Shown here one piece after another: positions 45,612 through 46,148 of a stretch of DNA of 46,148 bases. The notes beneath the pieces were generated by a model. The model did no database searches. It was given only the letters and a program-made list of their open reading frames with translations, and was not told the DNA's origin. Made by a program: the position numbers and the translations under genes. The stretch is from assembly GCA_016214105.1 (NCBI GenBank), contig JACRPD010000029.1, positions 1 to 46,148 of the forward strand. The letters run 5' to 3'. This stretch comes from Candidatus Magasanikiibacteriota bacterium. Its GTDB lineage: Bacteria > Patescibacteriota > Patescibacteriia > Magasanikbacterales > UBA922. Each line of letters starts with the position of its first letter. Within the stretch, counting starts at the first letter, position 1.

Positions 45612-46148
45612 TTAAAATTTGTGTTTTTTGATAATTATCGCTTTTGCTTCTTCATACTTCTTTACTTGTTTTGAAATAACCGGCAGCAAAGAGAATGGTT
45701 TTTTGTAACAAAAACTCGGCAGCCAACGGCTCATCGTTCCTTGACTGATAATTTTAAATAAATACTCGTCAACCCACACCCCCGTCTTCCCTTGTTCCGC
45801 CATAGTCAACCACAAGTCCCAATCCTGAAACCGCTTTAGATTCTCGTCCCATTTGATTGCGTCTTTCCGGCGGATTAAAGAAGTAGAGTGAATGTAATTA
45901 TTTTTTTGTAAATCTTGCGCATTAAAATTTTTCGCTCGTATTTTTTTCTGAAAATTGAAAAACCTGTCCTGAGCTTGCCGAAGGATTGATAATTGGTAAT
46001 TAGAGTAAGCATAGCTGGCTTCAGGATGCAACTCCAATCGCGCTTTTAACTTTTCCAGCATCTCCGGTTCAGCAACCACATCCGCATCCCAAAAAATCAC
46101 ATACTCCCCTTTTGCCATTTCCAATCCCCTATTCCTCGCCGCCGGCGC
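45612..46148 (-). CDS. Family 2 glycosyltransferase, 5-prime partial (runs off the window)
   Basis: The reading frame stays open to the window edge: APAARNRGLEMAKGEYVIFWDADV (GT2 DxD region) ... HSTSLIRRK. Confidence 0.8.
   Translation of the reverse strand, partial: APAARNRGLEMAKGEYVIFWDADVVAEPEMLEKLKARLELHPEASYAYSNYQLSILRQAQDRFFNFQKKIRAKNFNAQDLQKNNYIHSTSLIRRKDAIKWDENLKRFQDWDLWLTMAEQGKTGVWVDEYLFKIISQGTMSRWLPSFCYKKPFSLLPVISKQVKKYEEAKAIIIKKHKF

Overview
This is an AT-rich bacterial chromosomal segment that is densely packed with housekeeping genes. From the gene content and repeat families I infer a reduced genome of the Patescibacteria/CPR type. This lineage call is not proven.

Recognisable genes, in order:
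- a 3-prime IS3-type transposase fragment at the window edge
- secA, a small NIF3-insert-like protein and tRNA-Thr(CGU)
- ftsE, ftsX and tRNA-Gln(UUG)
- a PAP2/LssY-like membrane phosphatase, a greA paralog (minus strand), a cupin protein and an ABC exporter
- a UvrD-like helicase fused to a PD-(D/E)XK nuclease, a decayed methyltransferase and a DUF721/DciA-like protein
- proS (no INS editing domain), mreB-mreC-mreD-mrdA and a second greA
- lysS, a cytidylyltransferase-fold protein, an RdgB-Nudix fusion, serS and an alpha/beta hydrolase
- a cell-wall cluster: membrane-anchored MurF-like ligase, DegT-type aminotransferase, FemAB-family transferase and FtsQ-like protein
- a minus-strand block: M23 peptidase, gltX, a hypothetical protein and a WecG/TagA transferase
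- clpB behind a CIRCE-like operator, an S11 carboxypeptidase fusion and a LigB/Memo-like protein
- priA, def, fmt, an O-antigen-ligase-like protein and a partial GT2 transferase

I found no defence island, CRISPR array, prophage or clearly novel multi-gene system.

The unusual signals are small-scale:
- fmt is broken by a frame change at an A7 tract plus a heptanucleotide tandem repeat.
- gltX carries a single in-frame TGA.
- 7-8 nt tandem repeats of 3-4 copies lie inside or at the ends of several genes.
- REP/MITE-like hairpin modules are inserted in frame into wecG, priA and the GT2 gene.
- PriA has lost its ATPase motifs.
- One GC-rich islet holds a small ORF, a 5-codon mini-ORF and a long rod-like hairpin.
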